This document shows, one piece after another, positions 25,253-39,203 of a stretch of 64,000 bases of DNA. How positions within the stretch are numbered: the first letter of the stretch is position 1; every line of letters begins with the position of its first letter. The DNA comes from the human T2T-CHM13v2.0 reference genome, Homo sapiens: NCBI RefSeq assembly GCF_009914755.1, contig NC_060928.1, one strand, 5' to 3'. Below the pieces are notes generated by a model that was not told the DNA's origin, made no database searches, and saw nothing but the letters and a program-made list of their open reading frames with translations. Both the position numbers and the translations under genes were made by a program.

Positions 25253-27348
25253 ATATTCTAGAAAATTTAAAATTACTTGCAGAAAAAAAAAAAAAAAAGA
25301 AAAGCAAGTGTATTTTTGGGTAGTATTGCATTAATCTTGACCAATCTGACAAACAGGAAAACACACTCCCACTAGCTTAATATTCTAAACACTAGAGTAA
25401 TTCACTTAACTTTAATAAATAGTGGGCCATTATTATTTAAAATAATTATATGTGTTCCTCTTTAACAAGAGTAAAACAAAAAGTCAATTCAATACTCAAA
25501 TTAATCAATAAAATAAAACGTACAGTCATTTTGACTCATCTACATAAATGACTAAGATCATTTTTTATTCTGACTATTTATTTTCAAGTATAATATTCTA
25601 AAATGAGCATATGCCTAAAGATATAAATTAAAAATGCCAATCATCCCAGGAATAAGACCCTTACTTTCTCCAAATTTTTTTTTCATCTCTTCGCTGCTTA
25701 TTAAAGCTTTCATCAGAGGAAGAAAAAAAGATTAAACTATTGCAGGTGACATTATAAAATCAATCAAATGAGTGAGTTACTTCCACACTTCCTATTTAAA
25801 AAAATTAAAGAAATCAGAGACTTACAGATAATTCATGTGTGGAGCCTTCTCTAATTCACACTTAGGTTTTATCAGTTTATATACAATGGAATCCTGTAGA
25901 TAATATCTCTTGATTAGTATTCCAAGTCTAATGGTCAAACAGATTTTACATGTAGAAAAGAGATCAAATTAATTGAGATAATACATTGGATAAAATTATA
26001 CTTGGCATTGAAGGACAGCTCAAATGTGGTATCACAGAAAATAAGAACATTTATACCACCAGAAACACTCATGGAGGTATTGGTACAACGAGTTTGTTAA
26101 ACACGTGTTAAATATCATCTAAACAAAACTAAGTAAAATAGATTAAGAAAAGATTCTCTAATACATTAAGAATTCATCTTAGCTGATGTATTAGCCCTGC
26201 CTACTTTCTTAAAATCTCTCCCTATTGTTATCACAATAAGTTATAAACCTATTATTATAAACCATGGTTAATGATCAATTTTTAAAATAAATGAAAGAAA
26301 AACTGAAAGCAAAACAACCACTGAATGTGATTCTCCACTGCTCAGGCACTGCATCTTTCAGGTTCAGCTGTTTTCCATCCTCTCCATTCATCTTTCTGAG
26401 GTACTGGGAACTACAACTGAAATAAAGGCAAATAGCAAGAAGTCTTTGGCCTGGTATTATTCCACCTCATGACAACTGGCAGAGGTCTTATAGTTTATAC
26501 ACCATGATTGTGGGAATGCATGTGGGGATGGGATGCAGTGAGGTGCTATAAAAAATGTATCTTCTTATGTAAAAGAGGATTATGGATACTGTTATTTTTT
26601 GTCTTGGTGATCAGAGAAATATAGCTTTCTGAATGTACATAGAAATTCCTAATTCTAGTGGCAGCGTGGAACACATGCACTAAAGATCGTTACCTAAATC
26701 CTGAAGAAAATTCACTTTGTAATGAATTTTTGGACTTACTCTCTATCATTGTCAATAACAAACCTGATATACAAACTTTGAATGCAAATGTCCCAATTCA
26801 CACAAAGATCCTGAAATTAATTCTTGAACTAGCAGCAGGTTTGAACAGTTTACTTTTACATTTCATATTGAACCATAAACCTTGAAAGCAAAACTGTCCC
26901 GTAGGTGTCTAGTAGCCCCAAGTTTGCGATAATACGTTTATCGCACATCAAATTTCATTCTGGAAAAAAAAAATCCACAATTCTGCTTCTCTGAATTTCT
27001 AAGGAGTAAAATTAAAAAAAAAAAACATCATAATCAAGGATAACTAAAACATAAGGAAATGAGCTACTATGAATCAAAGTCAGTATAAGCATCGAATGTA
27101 TTTGGACTACAAAAGTTTTTATATATTAGAATTATTTGATACATAATATAGAATAACATGTCTGAACTAGACAGCATGGTTAATTTCATAAAAAAGGTAT
27201 TAATCATGAAATTGTTTTCAAACAGACAATAAAGAATTTTTAACAGGAAAATATATCTTTTATTCTTAAAAATTGAATGATGAACTTTTTTCTCAACAGC
27301 TGATTAGAGAATCATGAGAGAATTACTGGACTAAAATTAGATCTGTAC

Positions 27349-27654
27349 GGCTGGCAGCGGTGGCTCCTGCCTGTAATCCCAGCACTTTGGGAGGCCAAGG
27401 CAGGTGGATCACGAGGTCAGGAGTTCAAGACCAGCCTGGCCAAGATGCTGAAACCCCGTCTCTACTAAAAATACAAAAAAATTAGTCAAGCGTGGTGACG
27501 GGCACCTGTAATCCCAGCTACTCGAGAGGCTGAGACAGAGAATTGCTTGAACCCAGGAGGCAGAAGTTGCAGTGAGCTGAGATCACACCACTGCACTCCA
27601 GCCTGGGTGACAGAGTGGGACTCTGTCTCGAAAAATAAAAATAAAAATAAAAAA
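27349..27654 (+). mobile_element. AluSg-like, full length, 16-bp TSD
   Basis: Dimeric Alu with (TAAAAA)n tail. TSD TAAAATTAGATCTGTA at 27332-27347 and 27655-27670. Confidence 0.95.
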
Positions 27655-28103
27655 TAAAATTAGATCTGTAGACAATAATCACGTAAAAGAGAGATTCAAA
27701 AAGTTAAACATTTGAAAGAAAAAGTACGTAATATGATAGCTAAAATGAAAAGTTCTAACATATGTCTACTTTAAATTCCAAGAAGATGGGTTACAGAATA
27801 TTTTGGAGAAATAATACATGCAAAAATAATAACTACAAATTTTAGAGTTGATAAAAGAGTGACCCCATAGATACAGCAAGTTCAATATATACTAACCAAG
27901 CTAAGTAAAACAAAAATAATTAAATATATGTACATTGGAGTGAAATGCCCCATCACCAGGGATACAGACAAAGTTTTAAAAGCAGATGGCAAGGACAGAT
28001 AGAAAATTTACAAATCAACGAATGGTTGACAGGATACTTCTCTGAAGCAACAACAAAAATATCTTAAGATGGTTAAAGAAACAGGTGTCAGCTGAGGACT
28101 GGG

Positions 28104-28300
28104 TATACAGCAGATATAACCTTATAAGTATATACTAGTATATACAGCAGATATAAACTTATTAGTATATACTAGTACATACTAATATCTATTTTATATA
28201 CTAGTATATAAAATATGCCAGTATATTTATTTGCTAGTATATATATTTAGCATATATTTATATACTAGTATGTAATTTCTAATTTATATACTAGTATAAA
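28104..28300. repeat. 37-bp tandem duplication plus cluster of TATACTAGTA palindromes
   Basis: Units at 28104-28140 and 28141-28177. Perfect palindromes at 28128-28145 (18 bp) and 28190-28215 (26 bp). Confidence 0.85.
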
Positions 28301-29039
28301 ATAGAAAGCAAATATGAGTAAAAACAAAACAAAAGAAAAACTTTGAAAAAACATATTACTAACATATCTTTGCTAAACCAACTTCTAGCTTCTCAGACAA
28401 GATGAGAAATTACCCTAGAAGTAAATCCTAAAATGGAAACAAACAAAACATAAGCAAAAAGATAATGAAACAGTTAACGTGTAGATAAATCTGAACAAAC
28501 AGCATCTGTATTAAATGTTATGCAGATAATTTCTAAATTAAGGTATTAAATAGAAATTAGCCTTAAAACATTGGAGATTATTAGGTTATTAAAGAGGAAC
28601 AGAATTATCAGAATTAAGTGTTCTAGTGTCCTTGTATATAACAGGAGAGAGATTTAAATATTGCTTTGCATTTAAAAAGTTAAGTTTGCAATTAAAAAAT
28701 TTAATAGCAAACATGGAAAGAATAGAAATAATGTTCTAAATAGCAAAGGAGAAAATACTTAGTAAGAAAAAAAACTGACAAATAGAAAAACTCATCAAAT
28801 AAGCAAATCAGGAAGGAAAAGAAATATTTTAATTGAGACAAATAGGAATTTCAAAGTATAATGGTAAAAATCAGGGCAAATATATCCTAATAAACAGAAA
28901 TAGACAAAAACAAAGTGAGAGCTTCTAGAACTTCATTTAAAATGATATGTTTTGTCGCATGAAAGGAAAGAAGGTTAGCATTCCCCTTGACAAACCTAGA
29001 AGAGGCTCTTGGGCTTATCTTGGGTCTTAAATATTGTGT

Positions 29040-29135
29040 AGCTTAAGGAAAACCACTTAACCTCTCTGAGCCTCAATTTTTTCACAACTTTAGGTGTTTC
29101 TAAGCAGTACTTCAAGTATCAAATAAGGTAATAAC
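29040..29135 (+). mobile_element. MIR fragment
   Basis: CACTTAACCTCTCTGAGCCTCAATTTT. Confidence 0.65.
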
Positions 29136-29416
29136 TTAAAAATAAAAAATAAAAAGAGCTCTTAAAATATAAAGAATCACTCTTATGATATATTCCCTAC
29201 AGAAAAAGTATTTTCCTACTATAGAAATGGAAATGCACTAATAGTTTATACATTAAAAACATACATATGAATTAATAGATGTATAAGCAGTACACTGTAA
29301 CTAACTGCAGTTTGAGGTATTCAATAACATAAAAAAATTGTCTATGGATCTTTAAATAAATAAATTATATTTTTACAAATGCTATTTACATCTAAAATAT
29401 AAAGATAGGCCAAAGA

Positions 29417-29638
29417 CAGAGGATGGCAAAGTTTTTATGTAAACGGTCTAATAATAAATATTTTTGGCTTTATGGGCCATGTGGTTTCAGCAGCAACTAT
29501 TCAACTTGGTTGCTGGAGCATGAAAGCAAACGTAGACCATAAACACATGAATGAGATGGCTATGTCTCAATAATATTTCATTTAACAGCACAGGAGATGG
29601 GCCAAAGTTGGCCTGTAGGCCATAGTTCACAACCTCTA
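29417..29638 (+). mobile_element. MER58A (hAT-Charlie MITE)
   Basis: CAGAGGATGGCAAAGTTTTTATGTAAA...GGCTTTATGGGCCA...GCAACTATTCAACT...GGCCATAGTTCACAACCTCT. Confidence 0.85.
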
Positions 29639-29825
29639 TCCTAAGATATAGAGAGAAATTTTCACAATAATGGAGGGAAAACATATAACAAGTCAATATT
29701 GTCCAAAAGAAAGCTCAAGATAGAGACAAAGGGATCAATTCTTACGATAAAATTTTAAAACCACCAGGAATATACATTTATATACTTGAACATATCTAAT
29801 AGACTAGCCTTAAACAGCATATTTC

Positions 29826-32773
29826 AATATTTCAATAACTTAAAAGATACATATTAGTACACACTTTAACATCTCTACAATAAGGATGAATTTCAGTATT
29901 TATGGCATTTCATAATTACTGGTGACCAGGCAGCAATCATGACAAAGATGTCATTGTTAGACTGTGTGTAAACTTAATCCTTGTATTAGTATGTTTTCAC
30001 ACGGCTGATAAAACAAACCTGAGATTGGGCAATTTACACAATAAAGAGGTTTAAGGGACTTACAATTCCATTTGGCTAAGGAGGCCTCACATTTATGGCA
30101 GAAAGTGAAAGGCACATCTCACATGGCAGCAGAGAAGAAAAATGAGCTTGTGCAGGGAATCTTTCCTTTTTAAAACCATCAGATTTCATGAGATATATTC
30201 ACTATCATGAGAACAGCACAGGAAAGACTCAGCCCCATGACTGAGTTACCTCCCACTGGGTCCCTGCCACAACGCATAGGTATTCAAGATGAGATTTGGG
30301 CAGGAACACAACCAAACCACATCATTCTGCCCCTGGCCCTTCCAAATCTCATGTCCTAACATTTCAAAACCAATCATGACTTCACAATAGTCCCCCAAAG
30401 TCTTAACCCACTTTAGCATTAACTCAAAAGTCCACAGTCCAAAGTCTCATCTGAGAAAAGGAAGTCTCTTCTGCCTATGAGTTTGTAAAATCAAAAGCAA
30501 AGTTAATTACTTTCTAGATACAATGGGGGTACAGGCATTGGGTAAATACAGCCATTCCAAATGGGAGAAATTGGCCAAAACAAAGGGACTACAGATCCCA
30601 TGCAAGTCTGAAATCCAGCAGGGCAGTCAAATCTTAAAGCTCCACAATGATCTCCTTTGACTCCAAGTCTCACATCCAGGTCATGCTGATGCAAAAGGTG
30701 GGTTTGCATGGTCTTGAGCAGCTCTGCTCCTGTGGCTTTGTAGGGTTCAGCCTCCCTCCCAGCTGCTTTCATGGGCTGGTGCTGAGTGTCTGAGGCTTTT
30801 CCAGGCACACGGGGCAAGCTGTCAGTGGATCTATGATTCTAGGGTCTGGAGGAGGGTGGCCCTCTTCTCAGAGCTCCACTAGGCAGTGACCCAGTAGGGA
30901 TTCTGTGTGGGGGCACCAACCCCACATTTCCTTCTGCACTGCCCTAGCGAAGGTTCTCCATGAGGGCCCCACCCTTGCAGCAAACTTCTACCTGGGCATC
31001 CAGGAGTTTTCATATATACTCTGAAATCCAGGTGGAGGTTCGCAAACCCTAATTCTGGACTTCTGTGGATTCACAGGTTCAACACCATGTGGAAACAGCC
31101 AAGGCTTGGGGCTTACACTCTCTGAAGCCATGGCCTGAGCTCTACATTGGCCCCTTTCAGCCACGGCTGGAGTGGCTGGGATGCAGGGCACCAAGTCCCA
31201 GGGCTGCACACAGCACAAAGACGCTGGGCCCGGCCCACAAAACCACTTTCTCCTCCTAGGCCACCGGGCTTGTGATGGAAGGGACTGCTGTGAAGACCTC
31301 TGACATGCCCTGGAGACATTTTCCCCATTGTCTTGGCGATTAACATTCCTTCACCTCCTTGTTACTTATGCAAATTTCTACAGCCAGCTTGAATTTCTCC
31401 TCAGAAAATTGGATTTTCTTTTCTATCACATTGTCAGGCTGCAAATTTTCCAAACTTTTATGCTTTGCTTCCCTTATAAAACTAAATGCCTTTAACAGCA
31501 CCCAAGTCACATCTTGAGTGCTTTGCTGCCTAGAAATTTCTTCCACCAGATACTCTAATTCATCTCTCTCCAGTTCAAAGTTCCACGAATCTCTAGGGCA
31601 GGGGCAAAATGCCACCAGTGTCTCTGCCAAAACATAACAGGAGTCACCTTTGCTACAGTTTCCAACAAGTTCCTCATCTCCATCTGAGACGACCTCAGCC
31701 TGGATTTCTTTGTCCATATTATTATCAGCATTTTGGTCAAAGCCATTCAACAAGTCTCTAGGGATTTCCAAAGTTTCCCACATTTTTCTGTCTTCTTCTG
31801 AGCCCTCCGAACTGTTCTAACCTCTGCCTGTTACCCAGTTACAAAGTTGCTTCCACATTTTCGGGTATCTTTTCCGCAGCACCCCACTCTCCTGGTACCA
31901 ATTTACGGTATTAATCTGTTTTCACATTGCTGTTAAAGACATACCCAAGACTGGGCAATTTACAAAAGAAAAAGTTTTAATGGACTCACAGTTTCACGTG
32001 GCGGGGAGGCCTCACAATCATGGCAGAAGGTGAAAGGCACATCTCACATGGCTACATGGCTACAGACAAGATAAAAGAGCATATGCAGGGGACCTCTCTT
32101 TTTAAAACCATCAGATCTCATGAGACTTATTCACTATCATGAGAACAGCACAGGAAAGATGTGTTACAATGATTCGAATACCTCCCACCAGTTCCCTCCT
32201 ATAAGATGTGAGAATTCAAGAAGAGATTTGGGTGGGGACACAGCCAAAACTCTATCAATCTTTTATCCTTTTGGCATAAATGGGCACCTTGAAACCCCTT
32301 AAGGTTCCAGTTCAGAAGCCCTCTAAGAATCATTTGAAGAAGTAACACAAGTCACAATTGTCTGAAAACCTCCAGTTGTCACAGTAAATTGTCATTATCC
32401 CAACTGGAAGAATGAGTGCCAGTGGTTTGAAATGTTCCTTCAGATATTAATGTTGTACTATTCTAATAAATACTTCATTACCATATTCCAAAATATTATG
32501 CAATACTTCACAGAAGGTGAATATGAAATGGAAAAATCAACATTGATGATGTGAAAAAGTTCAAAGTATTTAACAATTAGTTATGCTTAATTTATTTGGT
32601 TTATGTTATCATTTTTATGTATACATAAGTGTGATATATAATTATTAATTGATAGCAATTATCAGTTAATAATTGGTAACTAACATAATAACTAATAGTG
32701 TTCACTTACTCAAAATGGTACATAAAATGATCTATATTATAACAGGTGATGTCTAAAACTGGATAAAATGGTG
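29826..32773. mobile_element. TcMar-Tigger (Tigger13-like) remnant split by THE1 (pieces 29826-29981 and 32258-32773)
   Basis: Ends resemble Tigger termini (TATTTCAATAACTTAAAAGAT...TTTAACATCTC; GATGTCTAAAACTGGATAAAATGGT). Sequence is contiguous across the THE1 TSD. Confidence 0.45.
29982..32257 (-). mobile_element. Full-length THE1B-like MaLR element (LTR-int-LTR)
   Basis: LTRs at 29982-30324 and 31907-32257, internal 30325-31906. THE1-int ORF remnant 31340..31783 (MWETLEIPRDLLNGFDQNAD...FCPCPRD). 5-bp TSD ATCCT/ATCTT. Confidence 0.95.
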
Positions 32774-33590
32774 ACCTAAAAATTGATAGAACTACAGGGT
32801 GAGATTGCCAAATCCACCATCATAGTGCATTTCAAAATGCCTCTTGTATTGATTGATTTGTCATAAGCAGCACAAAAACTTTTAAAGGCAGAAAATATTT
32901 GTTCTGCATAATTAACTGGTTTACCTTAATTGACGTATATTAACACTACTAATAAAAATTTTAAAATTGTTTTCAAAGACCATTTACAAATTCAGCCCTA
33001 AAATCTCTCAATATATTTTAATATTTGAGCACATTTTAATCAGAAAGTAATTAAATTTAAAAGTTAAATTAATTATAGTTATACATTGAATACTAGTTTA
33101 AATATCTCACTTTTAAAAACTATGATATAATTTCAAAATTTTAAGATTTAAAAAGAATGAGAGAACTTTACATCAAATTTGTAGACTGCAGCAAAACGAT
33201 ATTTTCAAAAAATATATGTCTATACATTTTTAAGAACAAAAAGCCAGATAATCGATGTCACATTTCTCTACTCATGAATTAGAAAATGATAAAAAAAACT
33301 CAGAATAAATCCAAATTAGAATAAAATAATAATAAGGATCAGAGTAGAATTATATAAAATAGGAAACAATATAAAGAGAGAAAAAAACTAAATTGAAGAG
33401 TTATTAAATTAAAAAAATTCTGGTTAGATTGAAAAATGAAAAAATAAGGAATTTAAAAGGAAGGTATAATATTTAAATTTCTTAAACTATTTTATTAACT
33501 GTATAATCACCATAGTTAATAAAATTCATTAAGAATTTAATATAAATGTAAAATTTTACATGAACAGATTCCTAGGAAATACTTAATTTA

Positions 33591-33658
33591 CAAAAATTGA
33601 CATAAGAAGACATCCTAAAATTGACAAAAATTGACATGAGAAGACATTCTAAAATAAC
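33591..33658 (+). repeat. 34-bp tandem duplication inside old L1
   Basis: CAAAAATTGACATAAGAAGACATCCTAAAATTGA / CAAAAATTGACATGAGAAGACATTCTAAAATAAC. Confidence 0.85.
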
Positions 33659-34604
33659 CTATAATAATGAAATATATTGAATCATTTATTATAAGTCATC
33701 CTACAAATAAATCAACTCTGATGATTTGATAGGTGAGTTCTTACAAACACTGAAGAATACATCATTCCAGCAGATACAAAATCTTATAAAGGAGAAAGAA
33801 TTATAATATAAACACCCCCATCTCATTTTTACTCGCCCCAGTTCAGCCTTAACACCAAAACTCTTCTGAAGTGCAAAAAATGGTACATAATATAAAAAGT
33901 TAACAGTTTTTCATGATATTTTCTGTAACTATATTAAATGATGTTTGTTTATATTTTAAAATATTTTGTGTAATCAAATATTAAAATACAAATAAATTAA
34001 GATCAACAGCACTGATAATAAAGCTCTAAAATGTCTAAACTCTATATTGTTCTGTATCTGTCTTAATTAAATTTTCTCATTAGTAGCAGAAAATTTGATA
34101 CAGTTTTTCAAGCAGATCAATGATTTATAGTTTTGATCAATACATTCAGAAAAATAATATTTGAGAATATAAAAATATTTTCTGCAATTATAAAATGGTA
34201 AAAAACATGAACTGAAATTTCTCTGTCGCTTTCATCTGAATGTTGAAACATGATTGATATGGCTTGAAACAGAGATTTACGACACCTGCTATTCCAAAAA
34301 TCAAAGATTTAGGACTAAGAATCAGCAGAATATCAGTATGAGGAAAGGAAGAAAATATGTAAGATAAAAATATCCTGTATAAATTTCGCTCTCAGTCTGT
34401 CATCAGAAATTATTTTGCTTATAGAATAGGAAAGAGAATAAAACTTGTTTATAAAATTTAGTTTAAATTTAATAGGTTTAGATCTTTATGTCACTTTTTA
34501 AAATATAATAATAATAATAAAAGATACAAGTGAAACGAAAATCTAGAAGGAAGTCAGATGTCCTGAAAATGACTCACCATTTTAGTAATTTAAATATAGT
34601 ATTT

Positions 34605-35680
34605 TAAAATTTATTTTTTACATTTACAGAGAGAATTGTATGTATTTATTATGCACAATATGTTTTGAAGTGTATATATACATTGCATGATGACTAAATC
34701 TAGCTAATTAACATAAGCATCAAATCACATAATTATCACATTTTTTGAGAGAACACTCTAATCCGCTCTCGAAGCATTTTCCAATAATATGGTACAGTAT
34801 TACCTATAGTTACTATGCAGTACAATAGAACTCTTGAATGTACTCCTCTTATTGTTAGACAAAGACAAATTTGGTATCCTTTGAAGAACATCTCCCTGTC
34901 AACCACACCACCGCAGCCCCTGGTGACCACCATTCCACTCTTCCACGAGATAACGTCTTTAGATTCCATCTATGAGTGTATTTGTCTTTCACTTAACAGA
35001 ATGTCCTCCATGTTCATCTATGTTATCATAAATGAGAGCTTAGCCTTATTTAAGTGCCTGAATTATATTCCTTTCTGTATATAAAAATATAAAATTTACC
35101 AACAACAAAAAGCCTAGAACCTGATGGCTTCACTGCTTAATTCTATCAATGTTTTCTTATTACTGATTGAGTTTTCTTACTTGTCATTGGTTCATTTAGA
35201 TTTTCTATATCTTTTTAATTCTGTCTTGGTAGGTTGTATGCATCAGATAATTTATCTATTTCTTCTAACTCATCCAATTTGTTGGCCTATAATTATTTAT
35301 AATCATCTCTTATGATCTTCTGCATTTTTGTCATATCAGTTGTAATGTTTTCTGTTTTATTTCTGGTTTTATTAATATGGGTGTTCTCTCTTTATAGCTA
35401 TTCTGTCTAAAATTTGTTATTTTTATTTATCTTTTAAAAATTAACTCAGTTTTATTGATATTTTCTATTGCTTTTCTGTTCTCTATTTCATTTATTTCTG
35501 CTCTCATCTTCATTATTTTCTTCCTCTACTAACTTTGAGCATAGTTTGTTCTTGGCTTTCTAGTTCCTTAAGATGAAATGTTATGTTGTTTAATTGAGGT
35601 CTTTTTTCTTTGTCAATATTGATGTATGTTGCTGTAGACTTCCCTCTTATAATTGCTTTTTCTATGTTCCATATGTTTCG
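34605..35680 (-). mobile_element. Rearranged L1MA-like element (3' UTR 34605-35085; ORF2 35150-35680; inverted piece 35091-35149)
   Basis: L1MA4-6-like 3' end (AAATCTAGCTAATTAACATA) and ORF2 text on the minus strand. Plus-strand CCAACAACAAAAAGCCTAGAACCTGATGGCTTCACTG (KSPGPDGFT-region homologue). Confidence 0.75.
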
Positions 35681-35849
35681 TCCCTCCCTATTTTTCTTCC
35701 TCTCTTTCCTTTTGGAATGTTATCACCCACTAATTATACAGACCCAAATCTATTATTTCATAAGAACTGTGTAAATAAGTTGTTTTCTAATAGCTTCAAA
35801 TACTTACTCATTCTTCAATTATTAGCATTTTCCAAGTTTTAAAATAATG

Positions 35850-38135
35850 ATTTCTTTTCCTTAACATTACTTAAAAGTAAAAAAAAAAGTGTTATTTTTA
35901 AAATTATAAATACATTTTTGTTGGTAGTGATGTTTCCTTTTGTACTCAGACTTCAATAAATTTGATGTGCTGTAATCCATTGAAACCATTATTCTTTTAT
36001 GTTTGGGCAATGGGAGGTTATTCAAATGAGCTCTAGATTGTTTTTGATATAATCTGAGCACTCTTATATAGGTAGTTTCTTAGCTCTATGGTGGAATAAA
36101 AAGTTCCAAATTTACCTCTTATGTTTTCTATCCCAGCCATGGAATCATCAAGTTTCTCATGTAAATCTTGTTTCTTTTAATGCAAACTGAAATGTATAAA
36201 CCATGAAAATATTACCCCCATATATACATTATATATATATATAGGTAGGTAGATAGATAGATCATTTTGTTTATGCATATATACCTACTACTTCAAAATA
36301 ATAATATACATATTGTGGCTTATAATTATTGAGTCCAGTGCAGTTATTTTTATACTTAGGGTATTATTAAGTTGTTTTGTTTTAAACACATGTATAATTA
36401 TCTTTTCTGCATCATTTTGGAATCAACTCAAATTTTAGTTAGATTCATTTCATGTTGCTTTCTGGGTTCAGGGTTTGCTTTCTTCCATTTTTATCATTTT
36501 TTAAATAATTATTTGAAATATTTTTATATTTCTGATGTCAAATTTGCAAAAGGAAATATACTAAGAAATGTCTATTTTCTATACTTTTTTTCCAGTCTTT
36601 TCCAATTCTATCTGTAACATTTTACTAATCTGCTTCGTTACATTTTACATGTAATTCAAGCATACATATATATATGTGTGTGTGTATATATATATATGGC
36701 ATACATATTTGCATGTATACATAAATAGTATATGTATAATTTATAATATATACACACACAGATTTGTTTTTACACCTAGGTCTTTTATCTTAGTAACATA
36801 TCTTGGAGAACAATTCATATAAGTACACAGAATCAAATTAAGCCTACTCTTATTTCAGGCCAGTTTACTTCAGATTCTATATTATATCTATTATTCGCTG
36901 CATTTGACCTTCTGTGCCCTGTGCTATTCTTTCCTGGCTAGGCTTCATACTTATCACTTTCTCTAAAATTATTTTTAATATCTCATCTTTATATTATTTT
37001 TAATATTCATCTTTTCCGTTTTTTATTAAATGAAGGTATTAAGTTCATTCATTCATTCATTTTTGGCTTTCTTTTAGTTAGTCTTTATTTCTGAAATGTT
37101 GGTTTTGAAATTTTATTTCTAATTCTTTTATGAGTTCTGTCTAGTCTCTTCACAGTTTCCTTTTCCTCAAATATCTCATTTCTGAATTCATCTAAGTTGG
37201 ATTCTTGCTATTCTTTCATAGCCTCCAGTATTCTCTACTTTTAGTTTTTTATTTCTTTTTCTTTTTGAAATATTAGATAAGAGTTTTTAAACTATGTGTG
37301 GATAAGTCTTTCTGGGGTTCCTCCAGAAATAATCTCTGTAGGAATGTTATTACCTTTACTCTACACTTAAGAGGTAGCTTTTTTATGTGATTTAACTGCA
37401 ATATTTTCTATTGCTTATGTTAAATTGGGATGAATTTTCCCATAATTCTTGGAGAAAAAGATCTGCCAGGTTACTATTCATAGCTCCACCGTTCTGAGCT
37501 AATATCTACTATGAGCCACATTATTTTTTTCTAACACGAGTGGCTTTGAGCTTTTTCACATCTTTTGAGTATTCTCTTCTCCAATTTTTGTTGGAAATTC
37601 TCTTTTCTTTCCGCCTAGAGTTTCTGTCCTATTACCTGGGATTCCACTAGCCAAAATCTAGCTTTAGCCTAATAAAGATTACAGGTAGTTAATTCCAAGA
37701 ATTCACAAGGTGTGCAACCCTCCAATACAATAAAACATTATAGAAGTACATTTGCTCTTACTTACAAGTTTATGCCTTAAAAGGCTTCTCTTAATTTCAG
37801 CTGTTCATCTCAGATTGTCCTGTTGACCATTCTTGTTAGTAATTTTGGCAGTTTTGGTGTTCTCAGGTTTTCGGGGTTTTTTTCCTTTGTCTTCCTTTGT
37901 CTTCCTATTTGTTTTTTTGTTTTGTTTTGTTTTTTACCCTTCCTACACACTTTCTGAGAGCATACAGTGTTGTTGCTATTGGTAGTTTGTCATACTTTAA
38001 GTTTCACAGTGACACTTTGTCACTTAGTTTTGTTTCAAATGTTTTTGGTACATTTCTTGATTTAGTTGCTTTGTTAGATTTTGTGGGTGGATTTGGGAAT
38101 ATTGAATAACCACAGTGCTGCTGACATCTTACCTG
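35850..38135 (-). mobile_element. HAL1/L1MC-like ancient LINE remnant
   Basis: 3'-end motif TTTGGGCAATGGGAGG...CCATGGAATCATCAAGTTTCTC and T-rich ORF1-antisense text. Very diverged. Confidence 0.5.
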
Positions 38136-38719
38136 ATATATCTTGAATATACTGATTTAAATAAAGCTTCAATAATTTCCCTCCTTCCAGATTTCACTAA
38201 TGTGCCAAACACCTTTATTTATTTTCAAGATTCTTATAAGATATATTAGGTATAAAACATATATTAAGAATCTTTTCAATATTCTTTTCAAGATATATTA
38301 GGAAGGAATATTAGTGCAATGAACTTGGGGTATGATGAGGTGAAGAAAATGATTGCGAGTTTTCTTGCCTGGTAGTTTATACAAGTGTTGGTTATTTCCA
38401 GGTAGTACTGGACCATAAAGATGAGTATAAGGGGGGGTAGAATAACAGTCAGCAGTCATTTGGATAACAGTTTTGAATTCCCATGATGGGCAAGACATGT
38501 TACAGGCAGACTTATTTCTAGACTAAGTGCAACAAGAAAGAAAGCTTTGAAGAGGATACAAAGCATCATCCTCTACCAGTCTGCTGAAGAAACAAGTTAT
38601 AGGTAAACAGAACATCTTTTTCAAAGATGTATATATATTTTAAACAGGGTTGATTTTGCAAGTCAAAATGATAGTATCTAAAATGTTGGAATTTCATGAA
38701 ATCTGAAAATGATAATAAT

Positions 38720-39203
<484 letters not shown>

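Larger units (their letters stand above)
26960..33860 (+). mobile_element. Ancient L1ME-like element, repeatedly interrupted (pieces ~26960-28900, 29690-29815, 32780-33860)
   Basis: ORF1-like text at 27700-28100. EN-domain-like text continues across the insertions (AAATTGATAGAACTACAGGGTGAGATTGCCAAATCCACCATCATAGTG). Confidence 0.55.

Noticed and set aside
31340-31783. 147-aa acidic ORF
   Set aside because: Standard THE1 internal ORF remnant, followed by frameshifts.
33880-34380. Possible hAT transposase C-terminal remnant (NKLRST-like)
   Set aside because: Too short and degenerate to support without a profile search.
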